This document shows positions 33,486 to 41,810 of a stretch of DNA of 55,146 nucleotides, piece after piece. The number at the start of each line of letters is the position of its first letter. Within the stretch, counting starts at the first letter, position 1. The translations under genes and the position numbers were made by a program. The stretch lies in assembly GCA_902783025.1 (NCBI GenBank), contig CACZPH010000048.1, positions 1 to 55,146 of the forward strand. Reading direction: 5' to 3'. The stretch is from an uncultured Eubacteriales bacterium (GTDB lineage: Bacteria > Bacillota > Clostridia > Christensenellales > Pumilibacteraceae). The notes below the pieces were generated by a model. It had not been told where the DNA came from. It saw nothing but the letters and a program-made list of their open reading frames with translations, and searched no databases.

Positions 33486-34349
33486 TTATTTTTCCTCCTT
33501 GAAGTATTCTTTGAGATACGCGGCGAAACTCTTTTCGCCGACCATGGTGTCGCCGACGAGGTCATGACTGAGAGTCCACTTGGAGAAGAGGATAATGTCG
33601 TGTTTGCCGGCTTTTTTTATTTTGGGAAGGTTGGCGAGTATTCCGAAGAGCCACTTGGGCGCCCACTTTATTTTGAGCGGCTTATTCGCCGCGTCGAAGC
33701 ACATTTTCGCCATTTCCTCGTATGTGTAAACTTCCTTGCCGCCGATGTTGTAGGTGACGTTTTTGTCGTTCATGTGTTCGACGATAAAGTCCGCGAAATC
33801 CGCGCAGTCGACGACGTTCGCCTTGACCTTGCCGTAGCCGCGGAGAAGCTGCATTTCGCCCTTGTCGACGTACGGCTTAAACACCTTGGCTATGTCGTAG
33901 AAGTAGCCGGTCGGACGGTAAATAACGTAGTCCGTATCGCCCTTTTTGATCTCTTGCTCGAGAAGGTATTTCGCGTGGAGCATCGGAACTTTCTCCGCGC
34001 CCTTTTCGTCGCACGAGATGACCGAAATATAGTTGAATTTCTTTACGCCCGCTTTCTTTGCCTCTTCGTAGAGGTTGAGGTTGCCCCGGTAGTCGATGTC
34101 GTAGGACGTAAAACGCGTCGAAGCGCCCGTAAGTCCCATCGTCGTAATGACGACGTCCGCTCCGTCGCAAAGACCTTTGAGCGTTTCGGGGACGGTGGCG
34201 TCGATGGAAACGAAAGAGTATTTTCCTTCCGTGCCTTCGACTTGTCTTTCCTTAAGGTCCGCCGCTACGACCTGAGCGCCGGCGCGGCAAAGGCTTTTGA
34301 GTATTTCGGCGCCGAGGTTTCCGAAGGCGCCCGCAAGTACGACTTTCAT
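33486..34349 (-). CDS. NAD(P)-binding NmrA-like / atypical SDR protein
   Basis: N-terminal Rossmann motif MKVVLAGAFGNLGAEI. Confidence 0.7.
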   Translation of the reverse strand: MKVVLAGAFGNLGAEILKSLCRAGAQVVAADLKERQVEGTEGKYSFVSIDATVPETLKGLCDGADVVITTMGLTGASTRFTSYDIDYRGNLNLYEEAKKAGVKKFNYISVISCDEKGAEKVPMLHAKYLLEQEIKKGDTDYVIYRPTGYFYDIAKVFKPYVDKGEMQLLRGYGKVKANVVDCADFADFIVEHMNDKNVTYNIGGKEVYTYEEMAKMCFDAANKPLKIKWAPKWLFGILANLPKIKKAGKHDIILFSKWTLSHDLVGDTMVGEKSFAAYLKEYFKEEK

Positions 34350-34368
34350 AAAAATATCTCCTTTTTAT

Positions 34369-35295
34369 TTATTTTTTATTTTTCTCTTTCGAGCGTTTGT
34401 CGTTTATTATCTTCATATGTTCTTCGGTAACGAGTTCGACGCCGTTTTCTTTAGCCCACTTTACGCAGCCCTTGAGCACGAGCGGCAGGAACACGCGCGG
34501 AACGCCCAGAATCGTCTTGAGCGCTTCGTCGGTAAACTTGACTTTGTCGTCCGCTCTGTCCGCGGCGTAGCGTACCGAATCGAGCGAAGCCTGACGGACT
34601 TGCAAAAGTTCCGCTCTCATTCTCGTCTTGCGATGGAACCAGAAATTCTTGGAGTCGCGGTAGCCGTAGTCGACTGGAAGAGGCGGGAAATCCTTTGCTC
34701 TTACGCCGTTGATTATGGCGTCGCTGTACTTTTTCTTCATAAGTATCTTGTCTACTTTGAGAATAAAATGCGCGCCGAACTTGCTCGTGATGCCGTTGAA
34801 GTCGTGATACGGTCCTTCGTATCCGGTAAGCACGCCGGGTTGATCTTTGTCCGCGCCGTCGAGTTCGCGCACCCACGTGCATTCGATGACCTGGATAGCG
34901 TCGGTAAGAACTTTCGGTCTTGCCTCGCCGGTCTCTTCCTCGATCATGCTCTTTTCGAGTCTGAACTTGCACTTGGGCATTTTTTCGCTCGGTTTGTCGC
35001 CGGGCCACGAAAGTTTTACGGCCTCGGCGAAGGTCTTGGGATTGTCGTCGATGAAGTTGATGGCGCACTTTCCGCTGCGCAGAATGTTTTGCGCGGTGTT
35101 GGAAGAGTTGCGGCAGCACAGCAGCATCGCGTAATAATCCTTGCCGGCTACGTAATAGGGCTGTACCAAAGAGTACGGGCCCAGGTTGGTCATACCGTCT
35201 TCGCACAGCGTGCTGATTACGACGGTAGGCATCGGGAAGTAAAGCGAGGTCTGATAGAAATTGTCCACGATGCGCAGGTTTTCAAAACTACTCAT
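34369..35295 (-). CDS. Flavin-reductase-like (FMN-binding split-barrel) domain protein
   Basis: FPMPTVVISTLCEDGMTNLGPYSL...AINFI resembles the Flavin_Reduct pattern. It carries an additional C-terminal extension of about 120 aa. Confidence 0.5.
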   Translation of the reverse strand: MSSFENLRIVDNFYQTSLYFPMPTVVISTLCEDGMTNLGPYSLVQPYYVAGKDYYAMLLCCRNSSNTAQNILRSGKCAINFIDDNPKTFAEAVKLSWPGDKPSEKMPKCKFRLEKSMIEEETGEARPKVLTDAIQVIECTWVRELDGADKDQPGVLTGYEGPYHDFNGITSKFGAHFILKVDKILMKKKYSDAIINGVRAKDFPPLPVDYGYRDSKNFWFHRKTRMRAELLQVRQASLDSVRYAADRADDKVKFTDEALKTILGVPRVFLPLVLKGCVKWAKENGVELVTEEHMKIINDKRSKEKNKK

Positions 35296-35321
35296 AATAT
35301 TTTCTCTCCTTTTTGAGTATT

Positions 35322-35837
35322 TTACTTGGTTAAAATCGGCTCTAAGAGCGGGAAAACTTCCTCAAAGCCTTTCCCTTCTCCCGACCAGGCAAGCACCGCC
35401 TCGGCAATAAACGTCGCCTTAAACGCCGCGTTTTCGCCCGAGCAAACCGGCAATATTACCCGCGCTATCTGCTCGCGCAGTTGAGCGTGCCTTTTTGATA
35501 CTACCGAAAAAAAGACTTTTTCCGCTTCGGGGTCCGAAAAGAGCGCGGAGTGCGAACGCGAAAACCCGATAATGCCCGAGTATATTCCGCCAAGCAGCGC
35601 TTTGGCGTCCGACGTAGGCAGCGCGCGGATGCCGTTTATGCATTCCGCCCAGTCCTGCGCCATAAACGAAGCGATAAGCACGTCCTTGGACGGGAAATAA
35701 TTATATACCGTGCCGACGGCTATACCGCATTTTGCCGCCACCGAGCGTATCGTGGTGCCGGCGTAGCCGTTTTCGGCGATCTGCCGCCGCGCCTCGGCGA
35801 GCAGTCGCGTCTTTACGTTTTCTATTATTTTGGGCAT
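35322..35837 (-). CDS. TetR-family transcriptional regulator
   Basis: N-terminal HTH: GYAGTTIRSVAAKCGIAVGTVYNYFPSKDVL. Confidence 0.85.
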   Translation of the reverse strand: MPKIIENVKTRLLAEARRQIAENGYAGTTIRSVAAKCGIAVGTVYNYFPSKDVLIASFMAQDWAECINGIRALPTSDAKALLGGIYSGIIGFSRSHSALFSDPEAEKVFFSVVSKRHAQLREQIARVILPVCSGENAAFKATFIAEAVLAWSGEGKGFEEVFPLLEPILTK

Positions 35838-35855
35838 ATTTTCTTCCTTTATTAT

Positions 35856-36599
35856 TTACTCGTTCGCGGTCAAAAAGTCGTAGATGATATCCGCGGTCGC
35901 GACTATCTGCTCCGCGCTCGATATTTCGGGCGTACCGTCGCCGTTTTGCCTGCCGTACATGGCAAAACCCGCGTGGCACCCGCCGTCGATCGCCGTTTCG
36001 ATAAAACCGGCGGGTAAGTTGGATTTGTTTGAAGTGTAGTTATTCCTGTTCATAACGCCGTCTTTCGAGCCGTAAACGGATAGGACTTTTTTGCCGGACG
36101 ACGAGAGGTTTGACGTCGAGTACGAGGCGAGAAGAATAAGTCCGTCGTATTCCGATAAGTGCGCTTTAAGATACGACGCGGCGAAAACTCCGCCGAGAGA
36201 GTGCCCCGCCATATACCAGCGCGAAACGCCCGGAAAGGCGCTTTGTTTTCCGTCGGCGGCGTTAGGAGCGAAGAAAGCGAGATCGAACGGCATTTCGACG
36301 AGTACGCAAGGCACGCCTTTTTTCGCGAGCGCGCGCATCAGAGGCGAATAAGCGTAGTGGTCGACTTTGCCGCCGGGATAGAAAATTACGCCGTACTCCG
36401 AGTCCGCGTTCCCGTAAGCGATCGCGCCGTCGAGTTTCGTCTCGGTCACGTTGTAGTCTTTCGAAAAGTCGTCTATGGATTTTTTGTCCGCGCGGTAACC
36501 CGTATTGAGATATACGAGCGACAACACGAGCAAGGCCAGCAGTACCGAAAGTACGACCAGCCATATTACGCGTTTTTTCTTAGACGAATGTTTAGCCAT
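35856..36599 (-). CDS. Membrane-anchored alpha/beta hydrolase
   Basis: N-terminal anchor VIWLVVLSVLLALLVLSLV and nucleophile elbow GHSLGG. Confidence 0.75.
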   Translation of the reverse strand: MAKHSSKKKRVIWLVVLSVLLALLVLSLVYLNTGYRADKKSIDDFSKDYNVTETKLDGAIAYGNADSEYGVIFYPGGKVDHYAYSPLMRALAKKGVPCVLVEMPFDLAFFAPNAADGKQSAFPGVSRWYMAGHSLGGVFAASYLKAHLSEYDGLILLASYSTSNLSSSGKKVLSVYGSKDGVMNRNNYTSNKSNLPAGFIETAIDGGCHAGFAMYGRQNGDGTPEISSAEQIVATADIIYDFLTANE

Positions 36600-36616
36600 A
36601 AGCCCCCGCAGTATAT

Positions 36617-36632
36617 AATGAACCCGTTCATT
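36617..36632. promoter_or_regulatory. Palindrome, candidate TetR operator
   Basis: AATGAAC-CC-GTTCATT lies between the -10 box (36637-36642) and the hydrolase start codon. Confidence 0.45.
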
Positions 36633-36636
36633 TAAT

Positions 36637-36666
36637 ATTATACCCGCTTTGGTCGCGCGTTGTCAA
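36637..36666 (-). promoter_or_regulatory. Sigma-A type promoter of the hydrolase-TetR operon
   Basis: On the minus strand: TTGACA (36661-36666), 18-nt spacer, TATAAT (36637-36642). Confidence 0.65.
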
Positions 36667-36932
36667 GGGAAAAACGCGATTAGCGTAAAAGTGCCGCATC
36701 TGAAAGCGCAATATTCAATAATCCATATTTTGGGGAAAGTTTTTTATATTGTTTGCGGGCTCCGTAAGTGATATGATATATTATATAAAGGCATAAACGC
36801 GGAAAGTTTTTAAAATAAATTACGAGAGTCGATTTATTTATCGCTTTACTTGATTTATTTTATACAATATTATTTATTTACAAGGTATTAAAACGCGCGT
36901 TCGGCTTAAAACGAACGCGGATGGAGAAAAAG

Positions 36933-39785
36933 ATGAAGAAAATTATACATATGTTTTTTTGTGTTCTGGTTTGTCTTACCGCGGCTTTTGTCGCGGGCTG
37001 TACAGGGTCGTCGCCGAAAAACGAGAACGAGGAGCGGGATTTTTCGCTTTCCGTTACGGCGAACAAGACCGAGTACGAGTGGAACGAGGATTTTGTCGCT
37101 CTCGTCAGCGTAAACATCGTGTACGAAGACGGCGCGACGGAGGCGGCGAGCGATTATTCGATAGACTCTTCCGCGTACGACAAAACCACACCGGGCGAGT
37201 ATGTTATCGTCGTGTCGCTCGGCGAAAAAAGCGCGACTTATACCGTTACGGTCAAGCGGAGCGAAACGGTCGGCGCGATAGAGACCGAGCCCGGCAAAAC
37301 AGAATTTAGGTGGGGCGAAGACTTTTCGCAAAGCGGACTTAAGGTAACCGCCGTATTCGAGGACGGCAGGCGCATGGCGGTCGAAGACGGGTTTACGGTA
37401 GACGCGTCGGCTTACGACTCGGCTAAAGCCGGCGAGTACGAAATAGTCGTAAGCTACGCCGGCAAGACGGATTCGTACACCGTCGCGGTCAAGCGGAGCG
37501 AGGTCGTGACAAAATACGAGTTTACGTTGCTTACCGCGGAGTTCGCTTACGGCGAAGACATCGACGAAGACTGCGTAAAAGCGGAAAGGATTTACGAAGA
37601 CGGCAGGCGCGAGAACGAAACGGAGTTTACCGTCGACTTCGGCGGCTACGACAAGACGACGGCGGGAGTTTACGAAATAATCGCGACCGCGCCGAACGGA
37701 TATGCGGAAACTTTTGAAGTCACGGTAAAGCAAAGCGAGATAGCGCGCAAGCTGACGTTGAGCGGGCAGAAGACCGAATTTAAGTGGGGCGAAGATTTTT
37801 CGCTCGGTTCTTTGGTCGTAGTCGCGGAGTTTACCGACGGAAGAGAAGAGGAAGTCGCCGGATATTCGGTAACCGGCGACTATGACAAACACACGGCGGG
37901 CGAATACGAAATGAAAGTATCGTACGCCGGCGCGAGCGAAACGTATACGGTCAGCGTAGCGCCCAAGCCCGTTCCCACGCATTTCGACCTGTCAGAGGCA
38001 AAAACCGAGTACGAATACGGCGACAGATTCGAAGAGCTTGAGTTCGACGCGACGTACTCGGACGGCGAAACGAAAAGAATTACCGACGGGTACGAGTGCG
38101 ATTACGACGCGTTCAGAGTGGGAGAGCAAACGGTAAAAATATCTTACGACGGATACGAGCAAACAATTACCGTAAACGTAAAGAAAGCGACTAAACTGTC
38201 GCTCCTTATGATAGGCAACAGTTTTGCCGACGACTCGATCGTTTACGCGTACTCGGTGGCGCAGTCGCTCGGTATCCCTTACGAAAATATCAACGTCGCC
38301 AATCTCTACCGCGGCGGCTGTTCGCTCGCGACGCACTTAAGCAACGCGCGCTCCGACGCGGCGGCGTATTCGTACCGCGTATACAACCCCGCCACTCAGT
38401 CGTGGTATATGCCCAACGGCGAATACGACACGAAAATGAGCGACGCGATAACGCGTTATCCGTGGGATTATATTTCGTTCCAGCAGGCGAGCGCGGACAG
38501 CGGAAAAAGCGATACGTATTCGAGTTTGAGCGCTCTCAAGACTTATGTAAGCGAACGAGCGACCAACGCGAAAGTGAGATATATATGGCTTATGACGTGG
38601 GCGTACGCGCAGTCGTACAACGGTTTGTCGGCATACAACAACAGTCAGCGGTTTATGTACGATTCGATCGTTTCCGCGGTCAGAAGCAAAATTTCTACCC
38701 GCAAGGATATCGACGTCATACTTCCTACCGGAACCGCGATCCAAAACGCGCGCACGTCGTATTTCGGCGACACGCTCAACCGTGACGGAACGCATTTGTC
38801 GACGGGTGAGGGAAGATATATAGCCGCGCTTTCGCTGGTATGCTCGCTTACCGGATATACCCCCGATGAAGTGACTTTCGCGCCGAGCGGCCTGGACGAA
38901 TTCGCCGTCAAGGTCTGCAAAGAGAGCGCGACAAACGCGCTGAACAAGCCGTTTGGGACTACCGATTCGGCGTACCCGGACGCGGAAGCTTTTTACGACG
39001 AGATCAAAGCGGAGCGGTCGAAGCTTGAATATACGCCCTCTCAAGGTTTCTGGAATTCGACGGACGCCAATTACCCGACGACGGTCATCACGACCAACGC
39101 GTCGCTCTCGCCCAAGTTCGCCGCCACGCCGAGGTTTTCGCGCCTCGCTTTACCCGCGGGGACTCTTATCGAGATAGCCGACGGATACTACTACCGACCC
39201 GAAGGCTGGACGGGCGATTCCAAAATGTCGACCAGGCCCGGAAACGTTTCGACGAAATACGTTTTTGCCGACGAAAAGTGGTGGGCGGATTTTTCGACGC
39301 GCGCGTTCAATATCGCCAAGAATAACGGCGATCCGATAACGCCCGACGAGGCGAAAGCCGCGCTCACGCTGTGGGTGAGAGCGGATAACGGATACGCCGA
39401 GCTTGCCGATTACGGCTTGAGAAAGGGCTTTTACAACGCGAAGGAAAAGTACGAGTTATTGTCCGCCGAAGAGAATCCGTCCAGCACGTTCGCGACCAAA
39501 ACTTTCGTCGCGACCAGGCATCTTACAAGGGAAGATTTGCCCGTGGGTTCGCTGATCTATCTTAAGAGCGGATACAAATACCGCCCCGACGGCTGGGAAG
39601 AAGAAGGCGTGGCGCTCTCGTCAACGCGCCCCGGCGAAGAGACCGCCGCGTGGATCTACGTGAACGAAGAGTGGTGGGGAAACTTTAAGGTAAGGGGATT
39701 CAACATCAAACGCGCCGACCAGAGCGAACTGTCGATAGAAGACGCGGCTTCGGCTCTGAAGATATATATTCCCGTAAGCGAATAA
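36933..39785 (+). CDS. Large surface lipoprotein: five Ig-like (Big_3-type) repeats, an SGNH/DUF4886-like domain and a duplicated C-terminal domain
   Basis: Lipobox LTAAFVAGC. Five modules of about 78 aa each end in T-V-x-V-K. LLMIGNSFADDS is an SGNH block I-like motif. Two C-terminal paralogous modules are present (GYYYRPEGW / GYKYRPDGW). The start was set at ATG 36933, with GGAG 6 nt upstream. Confidence 0.75.
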   Translation: MKKIIHMFFCVLVCLTAAFVAGCTGSSPKNENEERDFSLSVTANKTEYEWNEDFVALVSVNIVYEDGATEAASDYSIDSSAYDKTTPGEYVIVVSLGEKSATYTVTVKRSETVGAIETEPGKTEFRWGEDFSQSGLKVTAVFEDGRRMAVEDGFTVDASAYDSAKAGEYEIVVSYAGKTDSYTVAVKRSEVVTKYEFTLLTAEFAYGEDIDEDCVKAERIYEDGRRENETEFTVDFGGYDKTTAGVYEIIATAPNGYAETFEVTVKQSEIARKLTLSGQKTEFKWGEDFSLGSLVVVAEFTDGREEEVAGYSVTGDYDKHTAGEYEMKVSYAGASETYTVSVAPKPVPTHFDLSEAKTEYEYGDRFEELEFDATYSDGETKRITDGYECDYDAFRVGEQTVKISYDGYEQTITVNVKKATKLSLLMIGNSFADDSIVYAYSVAQSLGIPYENINVANLYRGGCSLATHLSNARSDAAAYSYRVYNPATQSWYMPNGEYDTKMSDAITRYPWDYISFQQASADSGKSDTYSSLSALKTYVSERATNAKVRYIWLMTWAYAQSYNGLSAYNNSQRFMYDSIVSAVRSKISTRKDIDVILPTGTAIQNARTSYFGDTLNRDGTHLSTGEGRYIAALSLVCSLTGYTPDEVTFAPSGLDEFAVKVCKESATNALNKPFGTTDSAYPDAEAFYDEIKAERSKLEYTPSQGFWNSTDANYPTTVITTNASLSPKFAATPRFSRLALPAGTLIEIADGYYYRPEGWTGDSKMSTRPGNVSTKYVFADEKWWADFSTRAFNIAKNNGDPITPDEAKAALTLWVRADNGYAELADYGLRKGFYNAKEKYELLSAEENPSSTFATKTFVATRHLTREDLPVGSLIYLKSGYKYRPDGWEEEGVALSSTRPGEETAAWIYVNEEWWGNFKVRGFNIKRADQSELSIEDAASALKIYIPVSE
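37041..38186 (+). repeat. Five tandem in-frame coding repeats (about 230-240 nt each) inside the lipoprotein gene
   Basis: Protein repeats end at VTVKRSE, VAVKRSE, VTVKQSE, VSVAPKP and VNVKK. DNA similarity is visible, e.g. GTCAAGCGGAGCGA near 37250 and 37490. Confidence 0.7.
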
Positions 39786-39796
39786 AAAGCGCGAAG

Positions 39797-39827
39797 AAAA
39801 ACGGACCGATATTCGGTCCGTTTTTTT
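39797..39827. terminator. Bidirectional terminator between convergent genes
   Basis: ACGGACCG / ATATT loop / CGGTCCGT, flanked by an A-run and T7. Confidence 0.8.
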
Positions 39828-39833
39828 ATTCGC

Positions 39834-40352
39834 TCAATTGGTTTTTACGGTTTCCCGCTCTTCTTCCTCGTCGTCAGGCACGAGCGCGGCGGCGTTCCGC
39901 TTATTGAGTTTGTCGATAAGTCTTACAAGGCGCGGGCGGTTGTAGCGCTGTATAATAACGAAAGGCATGTTGGCTGCCGCCCAAAACGCCGTCATTATCA
40001 CGCCGCCCAATCCGCGCCACAAAACGAGACAAACGAGCCCGAGCAGGATCTCGGATTTGTGTACGAATTCCGCGCGGCAGGTTTCGCGGACCAGCAAAGG
40101 CAGCTTATCCGCTTCGCTCTCGGCGAGTTTTTTGGAAAGGAGTTTTTTGGGGAGCAGGCGGCTCATGTCGGGCACGCGGTCTTTCCACTTGTTTATACCT
40201 ATCTTTTCGTAAATTTTGCCGTTTTTTTCCCACTTGTACGGCACGTAAATGAAGAATTTTGCGTTCAGCAAAAAGTCGGGCAGGTGCAAGCCCGCTCCGA
40301 ACATAACCGCCGCTACGGCTATCAGATATAACGAACACCTGACGAAGCCCAT
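39834..40352 (-). CDS. Small membrane protein, glycosyl-4,4'-diaponeurosporenoate acyltransferase (CrtO)-like family
   Basis: WEKNGKIYEKIGINKWKDRVPD...ETCRAEFVH...IIQRYNRPRL matches my recollection of this family. GGAGTG RBS present. Confidence 0.55.
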   Translation of the reverse strand: MGFVRCSLYLIAVAAVMFGAGLHLPDFLLNAKFFIYVPYKWEKNGKIYEKIGINKWKDRVPDMSRLLPKKLLSKKLAESEADKLPLLVRETCRAEFVHKSEILLGLVCLVLWRGLGGVIMTAFWAAANMPFVIIQRYNRPRLVRLIDKLNKRNAAALVPDDEEEERETVKTN

Positions 40353-40503
40353 TTATCACTCCATGTGCCGGGATGTCGATATTTTCCGATTTTACGCTTA
40401 TAGTTTAACTTAAGTATATAGAAAAGATATGGTATAATAGTGAAAAAGCCGTGAAAAAGACGAAAACCCGGAAATAATTCGCGTCGCCGTATCGGTCAAC
40501 TTG

Positions 40504-40532
40504 TTTACAATCGGTTTATTTTGTGGTATAAT
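40504..40532 (+). promoter_or_regulatory. Promoter of the aminopeptidase gene (extended -10)
   Basis: TTTACA (40504-40509), 17-nt spacer, TGgTATAAT (40524-40532). Confidence 0.55.
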
Positions 40533-40579
40533 AAAGAAAAATTTTTCGTTCGGCTTGGTCGGCGACCAAAGGTATTTAC

Positions 40580-41800
40580 ATGAATTACGATCAAATTTAC
40601 GCGCGTCTTGCCGTAGTCAAAGGCGTGGCGCTCAGGAAAGGACAACCGCTCTATGTTTCGGCTTCGGTCGAAGTTTACGAGTTCGTGCGCGAAGTAGTCG
40701 CCGCCGCTTACGAGGCGGGCGCGGGTAAAGTTACCGTAGCGTACGACGACGCTTGCGTAACGAAAGCGAGATTTGAGAGCGAAACGAAAGAGAGCGTCGA
40801 AAATATCGACGAGTGGGAGATCGCTCAGAAAAATTATATCGCCCGTTCCGGCGCCGCGTATCTGCGGATACTCAGCGACGACCCCGACGTCTTTGCCGAA
40901 TGCGACGGCGACAAGATCACCGCGCTTTCGCGTGCGCGCCACAGAGCGTTTACCGAGTTTTACGATATGAGCAAAGGCAACGCCTTCAAGTGGTGTCTTA
41001 TCGGCTATCCGTCAAAGGCGTGGGCGGCAAAGGTTTTTCCGGGAGCGAAAAACGCCTACGACAAACTCAAGGACTGTATTTTCCGCACTATGCGCGTTTA
41101 CGAGCCCGATCCCTTCGCGGCGTGGGACGAGCATTGCGCGGCTCTTTTGAAGCGCTGCGAATATCTCAACGCAATGCAGTTCGACGAGTTTGAATACACT
41201 AACGCTTCCGGTACCGACTTAAGGGTCGGAATGCCGGAAAATTACGTTTTTTCGGGCGGCGGCGAATACGACGTCAACGGCGATTACTTTATCGCCAATA
41301 TGCCTACCGAGGAAGTTTTTTCCGCGCCGCACAGGCTCAAGGTAAACGGCACGGTCCGCGCTTCTATGCCGCTCGTGCACGACGGTAAAACGGTCAGGGA
41401 CTTCTGGTTTGCTTTTAAGGACGGCAAAGTCGCCTCTTATTGGGCGAAAGAAGGCAAAGAGGTGCTCGACGGAATACTGGGGACCGACGAGGGAGCGAAC
41501 TATCTCGGCGAAATAGCCATGGTAGGCTACGATACGCCGATACGTATGCTCGATACGCTGTTTTACAATACGCTTTACGACGAGAACGCAAGCTGTCATT
41601 TCGCGCTCGGCGCGGCTTATCCGACGTCGGTCGCGGGCGGCGAAAAAATGAGCAAAGAGGAGCAGGATAAAGCCGGTCTCAATTATTCGCTCGAGCACGT
41701 CGACTTTATGGTCGGCACCGCGGATCTTAAGATAGTCGGGATAAAGGACGGCAAGCGCTATCCGATATTCATTGGCGGCAATTTCGTAAAATTCGATTAA
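40580..41800 (+). CDS. M29-family aminopeptidase (AmpS/PepS type)
   Basis: Full-length similarity to my recollection of PepS: NMPTEEVFSAP, FYNTLYDENASCHFALGAAYPTSV and EHVDFMVG. Confidence 0.88.
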   Translation: MNYDQIYARLAVVKGVALRKGQPLYVSASVEVYEFVREVVAAAYEAGAGKVTVAYDDACVTKARFESETKESVENIDEWEIAQKNYIARSGAAYLRILSDDPDVFAECDGDKITALSRARHRAFTEFYDMSKGNAFKWCLIGYPSKAWAAKVFPGAKNAYDKLKDCIFRTMRVYEPDPFAAWDEHCAALLKRCEYLNAMQFDEFEYTNASGTDLRVGMPENYVFSGGGEYDVNGDYFIANMPTEEVFSAPHRLKVNGTVRASMPLVHDGKTVRDFWFAFKDGKVASYWAKEGKEVLDGILGTDEGANYLGEIAMVGYDTPIRMLDTLFYNTLYDENASCHFALGAAYPTSVAGGEKMSKEEQDKAGLNYSLEHVDFMVGTADLKIVGIKDGKRYPIFIGGNFVKFD

Positions 41801-41810
41801 AAGGAGCAAA

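Noticed and set aside
33564-37982. Plus-strand ORFs 33564-34430 and 34297-35316, and the minus-strand ORF 36906-37982
   Set aside because: They are antisense to the SDR and flavin-reductase-like genes and to the Ig-repeat lipoprotein gene, respectively. None has a motif or an RBS.
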